From an uncultured Chloroflexia bacterium (GTDB lineage: Bacteria; Chloroflexota; Chloroflexia; QHBQ01; JADMIH01): a stretch of DNA of 64,000 bases. The notes beneath the pieces were generated by a model. It searched no databases. It was not told the origin of the DNA and saw only the letters and a program-made list of their open reading frames with translations. The DNA lies in NCBI GenBank assembly GCA_963797095.1, contig CAWCNY010000002.1:96001-160000 (forward strand), in the 5' to 3' direction. Shown piece by piece: positions 20,933 through 31,492 of this stretch. Positions within the stretch are counted from its first letter, which is position 1, and each line of letters opens with the position of its first letter. Both the position numbers and the translations under genes were made by a program.

Positions 20933-21156
20933 TAGTGCGTACTGCGTATTGCGTATTCACTCGCTACCGGTTACCGGTTGCCTGAGTAGGACCGTGCGGC
21001 TATACTAATACGGCCCGGTATGTGCTTTGCTGGGGCAAAGGGGACGGGCAACCATCCCAAATGAAGGGACGTGACGAGTGCCAAGAAAATAAGCAGTACG
21101 CAGTACGCAGTACGCAGTACGCAGTACGCAGTACGCAATACGCAATACGCACTACT
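20933..21156. repeat. Heptamer tandem repeats (CAGTACG)n with an inverted partner
   Basis: ~8 units of gcagtac/gcaatac at 21093-21150; complementary units at 20933-20957. Confidence 0.8.
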
Positions 21157-21196
21157 TCACGTTTCATGTATGAGTTCATTTTGTAGGAGGCTATGT

Positions 21197-22831
21197 ATGG
21201 GCGGTAGCGATTGGTACAAAGATGCGATCATCTACGAGCTGCATATCAAAGCGTTCTTCGACGGAAACAATGACGGGTACGGAGATTTCGTGGGGCTTAC
21301 CCAGAAGCTCGATTATTTGCAAGATCTCGGCGTGGATTGCATCTGGTTGCTACCCTTCTACGAGTTGCCCCTGCGTGACGATGGCTACGACATATCCGAC
21401 TACTACAAAGTCCACCCGAACTACGGCACCGTGGCCGACTTCAAGTCGTTCATGAAGGCTGCCCATAAGAGGGGCATACGCGTGCTGGCCGACCTTGTGC
21501 TCAACCATACCTCCGACAGGCATTCGTGGTTTCAAACGGCCAGGGCTTCTACCGACCCCAAGCTGCGCAACTTCTATGTGTGGAGCGACGACCCCAATAA
21601 GTACAGCGGCACGCGCATCATCTTCACCGACACCGAGCACTCGAACTGGACGTGGGACGACACCGCCAGGCACTATTACTGGCACCGCTTCTTCAGCCAC
21701 CAGCCCGACCTCAATTTCGACAATCCCGCAGTGCGGCGTGAGATGTTACGCGTGATGCGGTTCTGGCTCGATATGGGCCTCGATGGCTTCAGGTGCGATG
21801 CTGTGCCCTATCTCTTTGAGCGCGAAGGCACTAACTGCGAGAACCTGCCGGAGACCCACCAGTACCTGAAGGAGATCAGGCGCGTCGTGGATGAGCGTTA
21901 CGGGGACAAAGTGCTGCTGGCCGAGGCCAACCAGTGGCCCGAAGACCTGCTTCCCTATTTCGGCAACGGCGACGAGTTCCACATGGCCTTCAACTTCCCT
22001 CTGATGCCACGGATCTTTATGGCTATGAGGCGGGAGGATCGCCGCCCGATCATCGACATAATCGACCGCCTGCCCAAAATACCCGAATCGTGCCAGTGGG
22101 GTATTTTCCTGCGCAACCACGATGAATTGACCCTGGAGATGGTGACCGATGAAGAGCGCGACTATATGTACGGCGAATACGCCAAGGATTCGCGCATGAA
22201 GATCAACGTCGGCATCAGGCGTCGCCTCGCTCCCCTTATTGATAATGGGCGCAGGCAGATGGAGCTTTTGAACGCTCTGCTGTTCAGCCTACCCGGCACC
22301 CCCATCCTCTACTATGGCGACGAGATCGGTATGGGCGACAATATTTACCTGGGCGACCGCGATGGCGTGCGCACACCCATGCAGTGGACAAGCGACAGGA
22401 ACGCCGGGTTCTCGCGGGTCGATGCGGCCCGTCTTTACAGCGCCCCCATCACCGACCCGGTGTACGGCTACGGGGCTGTCAACGTGGAGGCGCAGCTTCG
22501 GACGCAGACCAGCCTGCTCAACTGGATGAAGCGCATGATCAGGGTTCGGAAGCAGTATCCCGCCTTCAGCAGGGGCGATATCACCTTCCTCAACCCCACC
22601 AACCCCAAGGTGCTGGCCTACATTCGCTCCTACGATGGCATGAGCATCCTGTGCGTGAACAACCTATCTCGGTTCGTGCAGCCTTGTGAAATGGACCTTT
22701 CTGCGTATAATGGTACTGTGCCGGTGGAGTTGCTGGGGAATACACCTTTCCCAAGGATAGGCGAACTGCCTTATTTCGCGACCCTGGCGCCTCACGGTTT
22801 CTACTGGTTTCGCCTGGAGAGAGGCTGGTAA
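21197..22831 (+). CDS. treS: Trehalose synthase (maltose alpha-D-glucosyltransferase, GH13)
   Basis: [57 protein letters not shown]; AGGAGG SD. Confidence 0.95.
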   Translation: MGGSDWYKDAIIYELHIKAFFDGNNDGYGDFVGLTQKLDYLQDLGVDCIWLLPFYELPLRDDGYDISDYYKVHPNYGTVADFKSFMKAAHKRGIRVLADLVLNHTSDRHSWFQTARASTDPKLRNFYVWSDDPNKYSGTRIIFTDTEHSNWTWDDTARHYYWHRFFSHQPDLNFDNPAVRREMLRVMRFWLDMGLDGFRCDAVPYLFEREGTNCENLPETHQYLKEIRRVVDERYGDKVLLAEANQWPEDLLPYFGNGDEFHMAFNFPLMPRIFMAMRREDRRPIIDIIDRLPKIPESCQWGIFLRNHDELTLEMVTDEERDYMYGEYAKDSRMKINVGIRRRLAPLIDNGRRQMELLNALLFSLPGTPILYYGDEIGMGDNIYLGDRDGVRTPMQWTSDRNAGFSRVDAARLYSAPITDPVYGYGAVNVEAQLRTQTSLLNWMKRMIRVRKQYPAFSRGDITFLNPTNPKVLAYIRSYDGMSILCVNNLSRFVQPCEMDLSAYNGTVPVELLGNTPFPRIGELPYFATLAPHGFYWFRLERGW

Positions 22832-23168
22832 CTTACAGCATTCGTGTGGTGATACGTAGGCCTCTGCCGCGTTTTCCACTGCTTCTCCGCAGAAACTAAT
22901 CCCGCCCTACAACGTTGTCAGATGGGCTGGTGCGGTGCCATACCCCACAGGTTGCGCTGGCATAGAACTTGCCGCTCCTGAAGCGTAATCAGAAGAGGAT
23001 AGGGAGTGAAATGTGATGCGTGCTGCGTGATTGTTGCGTACTACGCACTTCTTATTCACTCGTCACTCGTCACTCGTTACACATCGTCCATCACCCGCTG
23101 TCCATCGCCTTCGCGTCTTGCGTTTCAAACATGGGCGGGTTAGAGGACGGCTAGAATCGAGGCTTATT

Positions 23169-25487
23169 ATGTCTGAGCAGCTCCCCAGAGCGCAGAGAAT
23201 GCTCATTGTATCGAACAGGCTGCCGGTAACGGTTGTAGAGAAGGATGGCGGCCTGGAATTCTTCGCCAGTTCGGGCGGACTTGTGTCAGGGTTGACAGCC
23301 TACCTGGGCCGCGAACCAGGCACTGGAGATGAAGGGCGAAGGGCGAAGGGCGAAGGGCGAAGGGCGGTACACAATAATCACTCGCCACTCGCCACCCGCC
23401 ACCCCGATTCGTATCTGTGGGTCGGATGGCCCGGCTCTACAGTGGCCGAGCGCAATCAAGCGTGGTTGACGGACGACATAGCTCGCCTCAACTGCCACCC
23501 GGTCTTTATCTCCGAGGAGGAGATGGACAAGTTCTATTATGGGTTCTGCAACAGCACAATCTGGCCGCTGTTCCACTATTTCCCGATGTTCACGCACTAT
23601 GAAGAGGCTGAGTGGCAGGTCTACAAGCAGGTCAACGCGCGCTTTGCCGATGCCGTGCTGGAGGTAATACAGCCCGGCGATATCGTGTGGGTACACGATT
23701 ACCACCTCATGCTTCTTCCTGCCTTGATACGCAGCCGCATACCTGATGCCGAGATCGGGTTCTTCCTGCATATACCCTTCCCAGGCTACGAGATCTTCCG
23801 GTTGATGCCCAGGCAGTGGTGCCAGGAGATACTTGAAGGGTTGCTGGGGGCTGACCTGGTCGGTTTCCATACGCATGACTACACGCAATACTTCCTGCGC
23901 TCGGTGCTGCGTATGCTTGGTTACGAGCATACTATGGGCACTATCGTGGTGGGCGACCGCTTTATGAAGGCCGATACGTTCCCTATGGGTATAGATTTCG
24001 AGAAGTTCCACAATGCTCCCAGCACACCTGAGGTGCAGATAGAGATCGCCAGGCTGCGTGAGGTGCTGCCCGACAGCAAGATAATTCTCTCAATCGACCG
24101 CCTGGACTACACGAAAGGGATAATCAACCGCCTGCGCGGTTATGAGCTTTTCCTGAGGCAGAACCCTCAGTGGCACCGCAAAGCAGTGCTGACCCTGGTG
24201 GTGATCCCGTCGCGAGTAGGCGTGGGTGAGTACAGAGAGACCCGTGAAGGGATAGAAGAACTGGTGGGCCACATCAACGGCCAGTATGCCACCCTCGATT
24301 GGGTGCCTGTTCGATACCAGTACACCTCGCTGCCATTCGAGCAACTCGTGGCCCTGTACAACACCAGTCACGTGGGGATGGTGACGCCACTGCGCGACGG
24401 GATGAACCTCATCGCCAAGGAGTATATCGCGGCCAGTGGGAGAAATAACGGCGTGCTCATATTGAGCGAGATGGCCGGGGCCGCCAAAGAGTTGGGCGAG
24501 GCAATACAGATCAATCCCAATAGTAGAGAGGAGATAGCAGCCGCCCTGCTGCAAGCCCTGGAAATGCCACTGGAAGAGCAGAGGCGTCGAAACCTGGCGA
24601 TGCAGAAGCGCCTGCGACGTTACAACGTCGTTTCCTGGGCTGCCGACTTCGTGCGCGAGCTTGAGAATACCTGCGCAGAGCGTGATCTACTTAAATCGAA
24701 ATTGCTGGACGAGCACGAAAGCGCGCAATTGGTCTCCGATTACAGGATGGCAAAGAGGCGTCTGCTGTTGCTTGATTACGACGGCACGTTGATGGCTTTC
24801 TCGCCCGACCCACAGGAGGTACGCCCATCACAGCAGGTGATCGATTTGCTTGTGAGGTTGTGTGCCGACCCGTTGAACGATGTGGTAATCATCAGTGGGC
24901 GCGACCGGTCCACCCTCGACTCGTGGTTGGGGGCCTTGCCGGTCGGCTTGATCGCCGAGCATGGGGTGTGGGTGCGATATATGGACGATGATTGGGCGAT
25001 GACACAGCCTCTCAGCAGCGATTGGAAGATGAATATCCTCCCAGTCCTAGAGCTATCTGCGGATAGGTTGCCCGGCGCGTTCGTGGAGGAGAAAGATTAT
25101 TCGCTCGTTTGGCACTACAGGGCCGCTGACCCGGAACTTGGGTTACTGAGGTCGCAAGAATTGCTGGACCACCTGGTGAATTTCACGGCCAATATAGATG
25201 TGCAAGTGTTGCAGGGCCACAAGGTGATCGAGGTGAAAACGGGCGGGGTGAACAAGGGCACGTCGGGGCTTCTCTGGTTGGCGCGCGACGAGTACGATTT
25301 CGTGCTGGCTGTAGGCGACGACTGGACCGACGAATACCTCTTTGCTGCTCTGCCTAAGAGCGCATATACGGTGAGGGTGGGCCTTGCGGAGTTGCAGGCC
25401 CGCTTCGACCTTCCGGGGCCGGGCGATGTATTGTCTCTACTGGGCCGCCTGGCCGAGGAGTCGCCGTCGGTAGTCGGTAGTCGGTAG
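23169..25487 (+). CDS. Bifunctional trehalose-6-phosphate synthase/phosphatase (OtsA-OtsB fusion)
   Basis: VSNRLP, WVHDYHL, FFLHIPFP, DRLDYTKG, DGMNLIAKEY; HAD domain LDYDGTL, GDDWTDE. Confidence 0.93.
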   Translation: MSEQLPRAQRMLIVSNRLPVTVVEKDGGLEFFASSGGLVSGLTAYLGREPGTGDEGRRAKGEGRRAVHNNHSPLATRHPDSYLWVGWPGSTVAERNQAWLTDDIARLNCHPVFISEEEMDKFYYGFCNSTIWPLFHYFPMFTHYEEAEWQVYKQVNARFADAVLEVIQPGDIVWVHDYHLMLLPALIRSRIPDAEIGFFLHIPFPGYEIFRLMPRQWCQEILEGLLGADLVGFHTHDYTQYFLRSVLRMLGYEHTMGTIVVGDRFMKADTFPMGIDFEKFHNAPSTPEVQIEIARLREVLPDSKIILSIDRLDYTKGIINRLRGYELFLRQNPQWHRKAVLTLVVIPSRVGVGEYRETREGIEELVGHINGQYATLDWVPVRYQYTSLPFEQLVALYNTSHVGMVTPLRDGMNLIAKEYIAASGRNNGVLILSEMAGAAKELGEAIQINPNSREEIAAALLQALEMPLEEQRRRNLAMQKRLRRYNVVSWAADFVRELENTCAERDLLKSKLLDEHESAQLVSDYRMAKRRLLLLDYDGTLMAFSPDPQEVRPSQQVIDLLVRLCADPLNDVVIISGRDRSTLDSWLGALPVGLIAEHGVWVRYMDDDWAMTQPLSSDWKMNILPVLELSADRLPGAFVEEKDYSLVWHYRAADPELGLLRSQELLDHLVNFTANIDVQVLQGHKVIEVKTGGVNKGTSGLLWLARDEYDFVLAVGDDWTDEYLFAALPKSAYTVRVGLAELQARFDLPGPGDVLSLLGRLAEESPSVVGSR

Positions 25488-25517
25488 TCGGTAGTCGGTA
25501 GTCGGTAGTCGGTAGTC
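25468..25517. repeat. Heptamer tandem repeat (GTCGGTA)7
   Basis: Overlaps the otsAB stop; complementary units at 28976-28998. Confidence 0.85.
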
Positions 25518-25628
25518 CAGAAGTTCCTAGTTCCTAGTACTGGTTTGGGGTGCGAAATGACAAGATGAGCCTTGGTGAGTTAGGATTAAGTTGCCCATGA
25601 TCCAAAACTCAACCGGAGGCTCAATAAC

Positions 25629-27265
25629 GTGATAATCGAACGATATGACCCTGTAAACCTCTTTGAACTGGTGCCCAAGTTGCAATTGGAGATGGAACCG
25701 GAGCTAGCTGAGTTGGACCAGTTGCTAAAAGACGATGAGATCTTCGAGCAGGTCAAGGCTGACCTGGCTAAGCGTTATCCTCACACCCTGGTTAGGGGGC
25801 GTCACTCCACCCCAGTTGAGGTGATCCTGCGTATGCTCATCGTTCGCCGCCTGTACGATTGGAGCTACGAACAAACCGAACACTTCGTCTCGGATAGCCT
25901 GGTCTTACGCCAGTTCTGCCGCCTCTATCTCCAGCCCGTCCCCGACGATACCACTCTCATCCGATGGGCCAACCTTGTCGGTCCGGATACTCTTGCCAGG
26001 GTCAACGATCGAGTAGTGGAGTTGGCCACTCAACTCAAGGTGACTAGGGGGCGCAAACTGCGCGTGGACAGCACCGTTGTGCAGACCAATATCCATTATC
26101 CAACAGACAGCGCCATTGTTGGTGATGGAGTTCGTGTGCTCAGTCGGCTGTTGCACAAAGCCAAAACCGTGCTGGGAGAAAAGCTGGGAGAAGTGGGAGA
26201 AGGGACGACCATAGGGACGACCATCCTGAAGGGCGGCCTGAAAGGGGCATTTCGCAGCCGTACCCGCTCGGTCCGGCGTATCGCTCAACAACTTCATCGG
26301 GTGGCCCGCCGCAAAGGGGAAGAGGCTGCCGAGCAACTCAAGGCAGCCTATGCCAGGCTGCTGGGTATCGCCCAGGCCACTGCCAAGCAGGCGAATCAAG
26401 TGCACGATGCTCTCGCCACCCTCGCCGACACCTTCTCCAGGGCCAAGCTTACCGAGCACTCTGCAACCCGGGCACGGCAGGGGCAGGTAAGGCGCATCAT
26501 CGAGCAGTTGGAGCACTTTCTGCCTCTGGTGGGCAGGCGATAGAGCAGGCTCGACGCCGAGTGCTGCAGGGCGAACCTGTTCGAAGTGGCGAGAAGTTGC
26601 TCTCTCTGTTTGAACTATCATAAGCCGTATCAGGGTTATCCTTAATAGCGGTTCGAAGTGGCGAGAAGTTGCGCTCTCTGTTTGAACCGCACACCCAGGT
26701 CATCCAGCGTCACAAGGCAGGCAAGCCAACCGAATTCGGACGCAAAGTGTGGTTGGGGGAAGTTGAGGGAGGGATCATCAGCGAGTATCGATTGATGGAC
26801 GAGGGCGGGGGCTTGGACCTGATGGAACTGCCGAGAAGCTTAGCCACACATCAAGAGCGTTTCGGGCACCCACCGGACATGCTGGCTGGAGATCGTGGCA
26901 CCTATTCGAGGGCGAACGAGGCGTTGGCACGCCAACTGGGGGTGAAGCGGATTGTGTTGCCACACACTGGGCGAGTGAGCAAGGAGAGACAGGCACTGGA
27001 ACATCAGCGCTGGTTCAGATGCGGGTTCCGGTTCCGAGCGGGGATCGAAGGGCGGATTCGGGTGCTGAAGAGGGATTACGGGCTGGAGACAGGTCGGGAT
27101 CACGAGGAGGAGGGGATGTGGCGAAGGGTAGGGTGGGGTATTGTGACAGCGAACCTGGGGAAGATCGCTGATACACAGATAGCACGGGCAGCACAACGCA
27201 GGGCTGGAGCCAGGGTCGGAGCCAGGACCAGGGCTGGGATAGCGGTGAGGAAGCAAGCGGCGTGA
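25629..27265 (+). pseudogene. IS5/ISNCY-like DDE transposase, disrupted
   Basis: RVDSTVVQTNIHYPTDS, SLFEPHT, GKPTEFG, AGDRG, FRAGIEGRI; frameshift at ~26531 and a 72-bp stop-containing insertion within 26579-26687. Confidence 0.88.
26579..26687. CRISPR. Single CRISPR-like repeat-spacer-repeat unit inside the transposase
   Basis: 37-bp repeats at 26579-26615 and 26651-26687 (1 mismatch) around a unique 35-bp segment. The structure is directly seen; CRISPR origin is inferred, with no cas genes in the window. Confidence 0.5.
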
Positions 27266-27608
27266 ACCAGATTAGGTGGCGATGTGCCAAGTGCCAACCT
27301 ACGACACCCAGAAACACGATGGTGCGAAATATCAGTCTTGATGGCAGTGTCACGTGCTGCTCCGGGCCTTGCGACCGCATTTCGCACCACAAACTAGTAC
27401 TACAGCCGCAGTTAATCAGTTGTAATAGTCTGAACTCGATCTTGCAAAGAGCAATGTCCGATCTTGACTTGCCTGTCCGATAACCCCTGATTACCCTGAC
27501 ATTGTCTGGCTGGTCAAATCCTGGCTGCAGCACTGTTTGCCTTGTTTACCTTCAGTCACTTGGACTCGGTCATTCGCCAGCGATATCACCCTTGAACAAG
27601 GATAACGG

Positions 27609-28625
27609 TCACGAATCCGTCACCCTCAAGACAATCTTGCCTCGCGTGTGTCCTTTTGCTGCTTGCTCATAGGCCTGGCGCGCCTGGGCAAGGGGGAACA
27701 CCGTGTCGATGATGGGCCGGAGGTGTCCCGCATCAATCAATTCGCCAATTTGGATCAGTTCATCGCGGTTGGGTCCGACTATAAAATAGACAAAGCGCAC
27801 GTCGTGTCCCCCACCTCCCTCACGTCCCCCGCCTCCCTTTGCCTTTGACATAGCAGCTTGCGCAGCGGCGGGAGGCGAGGGACTGACGATGGAAACAAGT
27901 ACTCCTCCGGGTTTGATCACCTGCCAGGAGCGCTGCAAGGTGTCGCCGCCAACCGTATCGAAGACCACATCAACACTGTGGACCACCTCCTCGAAGCGCG
28001 TGGTTGTGTAGTCGATGATCTCGTTGGCCCCCACCCCCAGTTCGCGCAGGAAGTCGCGATTGCGGGCCGAGGCGGTCGTGATGACCTGCGCCCCCGCCCA
28101 ATGAGCAAGTTGGACAGCAAAGACGCCAACGCCCCCTGCCCCTCCATGGATCAGGACTGTTTGCCCCGCAGCGAGGTGCGCGTGGTCAAAGAGGGCCTGC
28201 CAGGCTGTCAACGCTGAGAGCGGTACGGCTGCAGCCTGCACGTGGTCGAGCGTGCTTGGCTTGGGAACCAGCTCGTTGGGGAGGGCGACGGTATAGTCGG
28301 CCTGGGCGCCGTCGCGACCATAGTCGAGCATGGCATAGACCTCTGAGCCTTTGATGAGCGTCGTGACCCCGGACATCCCAGGGATTTCGGGCACGCCAGG
28401 ACCGACCTCGGCAACAACTCCTGAGAGATCGCGCCCGGGAATCGGCAGTGTGAGTGGGCTTCCCCCTTTGGTCTGGTAGGTCTCGTCCCATTTTAGCTCG
28501 TTGGCAATGATCCCTGCCGCGTAGACACGCACAAGCACTTCTCCGGGACCTGGACTTGGTTGCGGCGCGTCTTCATAGACCAAGTGATCTGGACCGCCAC
28601 GGCCATGGATATGAATTGCTTTCAT
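27609..28625 (-). CDS. NADP-dependent oxidoreductase (MDR/quinone reductase family)
   Basis: AAAVPLSALTAWQAL, VLIHGGAGGVG, DTVGG, GHTRGKIVL; start trimmed to MKAIHI. Confidence 0.9.
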   Translation of the reverse strand: MKAIHIHGRGGPDHLVYEDAPQPSPGPGEVLVRVYAAGIIANELKWDETYQTKGGSPLTLPIPGRDLSGVVAEVGPGVPEIPGMSGVTTLIKGSEVYAMLDYGRDGAQADYTVALPNELVPKPSTLDHVQAAAVPLSALTAWQALFDHAHLAAGQTVLIHGGAGGVGVFAVQLAHWAGAQVITTASARNRDFLRELGVGANEIIDYTTTRFEEVVHSVDVVFDTVGGDTLQRSWQVIKPGGVLVSIVSPSPPAAAQAAMSKAKGGGGREGGGGHDVRFVYFIVGPNRDELIQIGELIDAGHLRPIIDTVFPLAQARQAYEQAAKGHTRGKIVLRVTDS

Positions 28626-28787
28626 TTGCTTGCTCTCCCTGGCTTGTGCACATTGTGCACACTTCGAGAGGTGGGTCATAATGCTGCAAGGCCCAGTTCC
28701 CTACCTCTCCAACCTCTACTCCTGCAATATCTGTCATAGATCTTCAAATTCCTCCTTCTTTGAAGATCTACTCTAACATATCTAACT

Positions 28788-28930
28788 GAGGCATGGTCAT
28801 AAATCCAAATCTGTCTATTACCCCACGCTTGGGATGTGGCCTTAATGTCACAAAATGCCGCCAAAATGGGCTGTTTCCAGATGAAGTTGCTCTCCTTCTA
28901 CGCACGGAAAATGAATTATGACCATGCCTC
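28788..28930. mobile_element. MITE C (143 bp)
   Basis: Nearly identical to MITE B; ATCTAACT duplicated at 28780-28787 and 28931-28938. Confidence 0.9.
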
Positions 28931-28993
28931 ATCTAACTGCGGCTGTAGTACTGGTTCCTTTTTCTATATTGTCATCCGACTACTGGCTACCGA

Positions 28994-31258
28994 CTACAAC
29001 TCCAGCCAATCATCGTGCTGACCCTGCGTGCTCCCCTGGTTGCGCCACTGCAATTCTATATCCACAGAATCGCCCGCAGGGAGCTTCAGCAGCCATTGCA
29101 GCAGGAGGCAGCTCCCCTGGTATACGCGCTCGAACCCGCCCTCTGAACCTGACACAGTCTCGATAGGGTAACGCCAGAATGTAGCTTCGTGGTTGAGTCG
29201 TAGCCCCATCTCGATCTCCAGCCAGGAGTTGCCCACGGCCAGTTCAGTCACGTTCTTCACCTCCCCTGTGGAGTCCAGCAACGGGTTGTCTAGTTCGACC
29301 CCCTCCACCCGGTAATAGGCGGTGGGGTTATGTCCGCCTCCCAGCAGATTGATATTCCACTCCGACGCGAACACGGCGGTCAATTCGTTGTAGCCTGTGT
29401 TCTGGAGAGTGTAGCAGACGCGGAAGTTGGGCGAGCCTGGCTTGAGGGTAAGGCGCTTGCTCACGCGCACCGGACGCTCGCCGATCTCTGTCTTGATGTG
29501 GCCGTCCCGCACCAGCACCACATTGAACACATTGCCGTTGCTCTCCATCTCTGCCATGTATGGCTCGTTAATAAAATCTCCCTCTTCGTTGTAGGCCATA
29601 TCGCGGAAGTTTTCGAGCGTGGTGCCGGGGCCGAGGAAGTGCTCTATCATGCAGCTTCGCCTGTAGGTATCGTAGTGCAGCAGCAGGTCGAGGTTTTCCT
29701 CTTTGACCGTGACCGCATCGAGAGGCGCGTCGATCCCGCCCGATTTCGCGTCTTTGGTCTTCGATCTTCGTTTGCCCTTCTGGGCTTTTGCCGCCTGGCG
29801 CTTGCGCTCCTCCGAATCGCGCAGCCTGGTGTGATATGCCTCAGGGCGGCGGCTGACGGTCGACGCCAGGTTGTAATTGTGCGGGCGAAGGTCCCACTCG
29901 AATATTGAGCCGCCTTCCGCCAGATCTATATAGAGATTGAGAGCGTTCCCTTCGATCAACAACTCATGCATCGAGTCGCGGTCGAAGTCGGTGATGTCGG
30001 GCTTGAGCCAGTTCTCATCGCCATACAGGGCGCGCTCCGCTAGAGCCTGGGCGCGCAGCAAATGCCCCTGCACCCGTACCCGTAAATCGTTGAGATATAC
30101 GCCACCAAATAGCCCATGCCAATATGTATCGTTGCTCTGCCCGCGCCACAGGTCCTCGCGAGCACCGGCCAAATCATCTTTGCCTTCGTCATCCTCTGCC
30201 TGTGTTTGCCCTATCAGATCGTGCACTCGCAGCATCTTCTTATGCTGTGTGTTTGCCTCAGGATACTTCGCCAGGAAATTGCGCCAGAACCCAGCGTGCA
30301 TGAATTTGTAGGCCGGGTTGCCTTCCGACTCGAGCTTGTGTAGCAGAAGGGAGTAGTTGTGCGACTCTTCGGCAGGAAGCGCCCATTCCATCATCTCGGA
30401 ATATGAAGCGGTGGGCAGGTATACGCGCCCCACTGCGGGATATTGTTTGACGTGGTCCGTCAGTTTGATAGTGTGCAGCCAGCTTTTGTTGACTTCTAGG
30501 GCTTCAAAGAAATCATCCACCCAGCCGCTTTTGCCATCCGAACCCCAGCAATAATCGTAAGTGCCGGGCCATGCACCGAACTTCTCGCCATCGTCCCCTA
30601 CCGCCAGTATCTTACCGGGTTGGGTGGACACTTGCTCTTTGAGGTACTCGATTGCTTCTTCTACCGGTCGCCACGGGATTATGTAGCGCATCTGCTGTGA
30701 CGTGGCGAAGATGTTGGTGATGTGCCCATTGTCCTCCGTCACGAAATAACCTGTAAGGTCGGAATCGTCCATACCGATCATCTTGAAGTGGTTGTCGTCC
30801 ACGATGGTCCAGGCGATACCAGCACCCGCAAGGTGCGTTGGCAAAGTTGGCTCCCACACGCGCTCTGCAAGCCACATCCCGGCTGGGTCATGGTCGAATT
30901 CACGACGCACGATCTCAGACAGCTTCAGTATTTGGGCGCGCTTATCGTCGTCCGGTATGCTTGGCAGGATCGGTTCGTAATACCCACCTGAAAGGATCTC
31001 GACCTGCCCTCGCTGCACCAGGGCGCGGATGCGGCGAATATAGTCGGGCTTGTTCGCCATCAACCAGTCGAGCAGGGAGCCTGTATGGTGGAGACCGCAA
31101 CTGACGCCTGGGTGTCGCTCCAGCGCTGCCAGCAGGAGATCGTAGCAGCGTGCATGAATCTCCTCGAATACCTGATGCGACTGGCCGACGGGTTGATGAT
31201 TGTGAAATACCATGCCGAGTGAGATATGGCTGCTTGCGGTCATTGTATGTAACTCCAT
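28994..31258 (-). CDS. GH57 alpha-amylase/4-alpha-glucanotransferase
   Basis: HNHQPVG, GGYYEPIL, WLAERVWEP, DDGEKFG.WP, YWHGLFGGVY, SEGGFERVYQG. Confidence 0.9.
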   Translation of the reverse strand: MELHTMTASSHISLGMVFHNHQPVGQSHQVFEEIHARCYDLLLAALERHPGVSCGLHHTGSLLDWLMANKPDYIRRIRALVQRGQVEILSGGYYEPILPSIPDDDKRAQILKLSEIVRREFDHDPAGMWLAERVWEPTLPTHLAGAGIAWTIVDDNHFKMIGMDDSDLTGYFVTEDNGHITNIFATSQQMRYIIPWRPVEEAIEYLKEQVSTQPGKILAVGDDGEKFGAWPGTYDYCWGSDGKSGWVDDFFEALEVNKSWLHTIKLTDHVKQYPAVGRVYLPTASYSEMMEWALPAEESHNYSLLLHKLESEGNPAYKFMHAGFWRNFLAKYPEANTQHKKMLRVHDLIGQTQAEDDEGKDDLAGAREDLWRGQSNDTYWHGLFGGVYLNDLRVRVQGHLLRAQALAERALYGDENWLKPDITDFDRDSMHELLIEGNALNLYIDLAEGGSIFEWDLRPHNYNLASTVSRRPEAYHTRLRDSEERKRQAAKAQKGKRRSKTKDAKSGGIDAPLDAVTVKEENLDLLLHYDTYRRSCMIEHFLGPGTTLENFRDMAYNEEGDFINEPYMAEMESNGNVFNVVLVRDGHIKTEIGERPVRVSKRLTLKPGSPNFRVCYTLQNTGYNELTAVFASEWNINLLGGGHNPTAYYRVEGVELDNPLLDSTGEVKNVTELAVGNSWLEIEMGLRLNHEATFWRYPIETVSGSEGGFERVYQGSCLLLQWLLKLPAGDSVDIELQWRNQGSTQGQHDDWLEL

Positions 31259-31492
31259 CTAATTTGCTTGCCCATAGAAACAGGTAATTGAGAGAAATGC
31301 AGACGCTACTATAACAGAAAGCGTTGCGGTCGTTAAGAACACGCCCCACTATTGGGTTGCGTAGAGTTGCCTCTTATATCTCCCCAAGCTGGCAGCAAAA
31401 CAGAATCCGCGCCAAGCGGCGCGGATTCATTGTTGATTCCGTTTTCTATATGCGTGAATATTATCCTATTAGCACCGTGTCTCCAAACAAGT

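Larger units (their letters stand above)
25542..27395 (+). mobile_element. IS5/ISNCY-type insertion sequence (defective)
   Basis: Imperfect terminal IR ggtttggggtgcgaaatg / catttcgcaccacaaact; AGTACT on both sides; exact ends ambiguous because the target is palindromic. Confidence 0.85.
27402..28946. mobile_element. Transposase-less IR-bounded element carrying an oxidoreductase
   Basis: Perfect IR acagccgcagtta / taactgcggctgt; flanked by AGTACT at 27396-27401 and 28947-28952. Confidence 0.7.

Noticed and set aside
21071-21196. N-terminal extensions of TreS (STQYAVR repeats) and OtsAB (23031-23168)
   Set aside because: Read-through of intergenic heptamer repeats; better starts are at 21197 and 23169.
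27478-27610. Local source for the 35-bp spacer-like insert (cagg..ttatc, gttatcctt similarities)
   Set aside because: Matches are only about 9-10 nt and discontinuous, compatible with chance.
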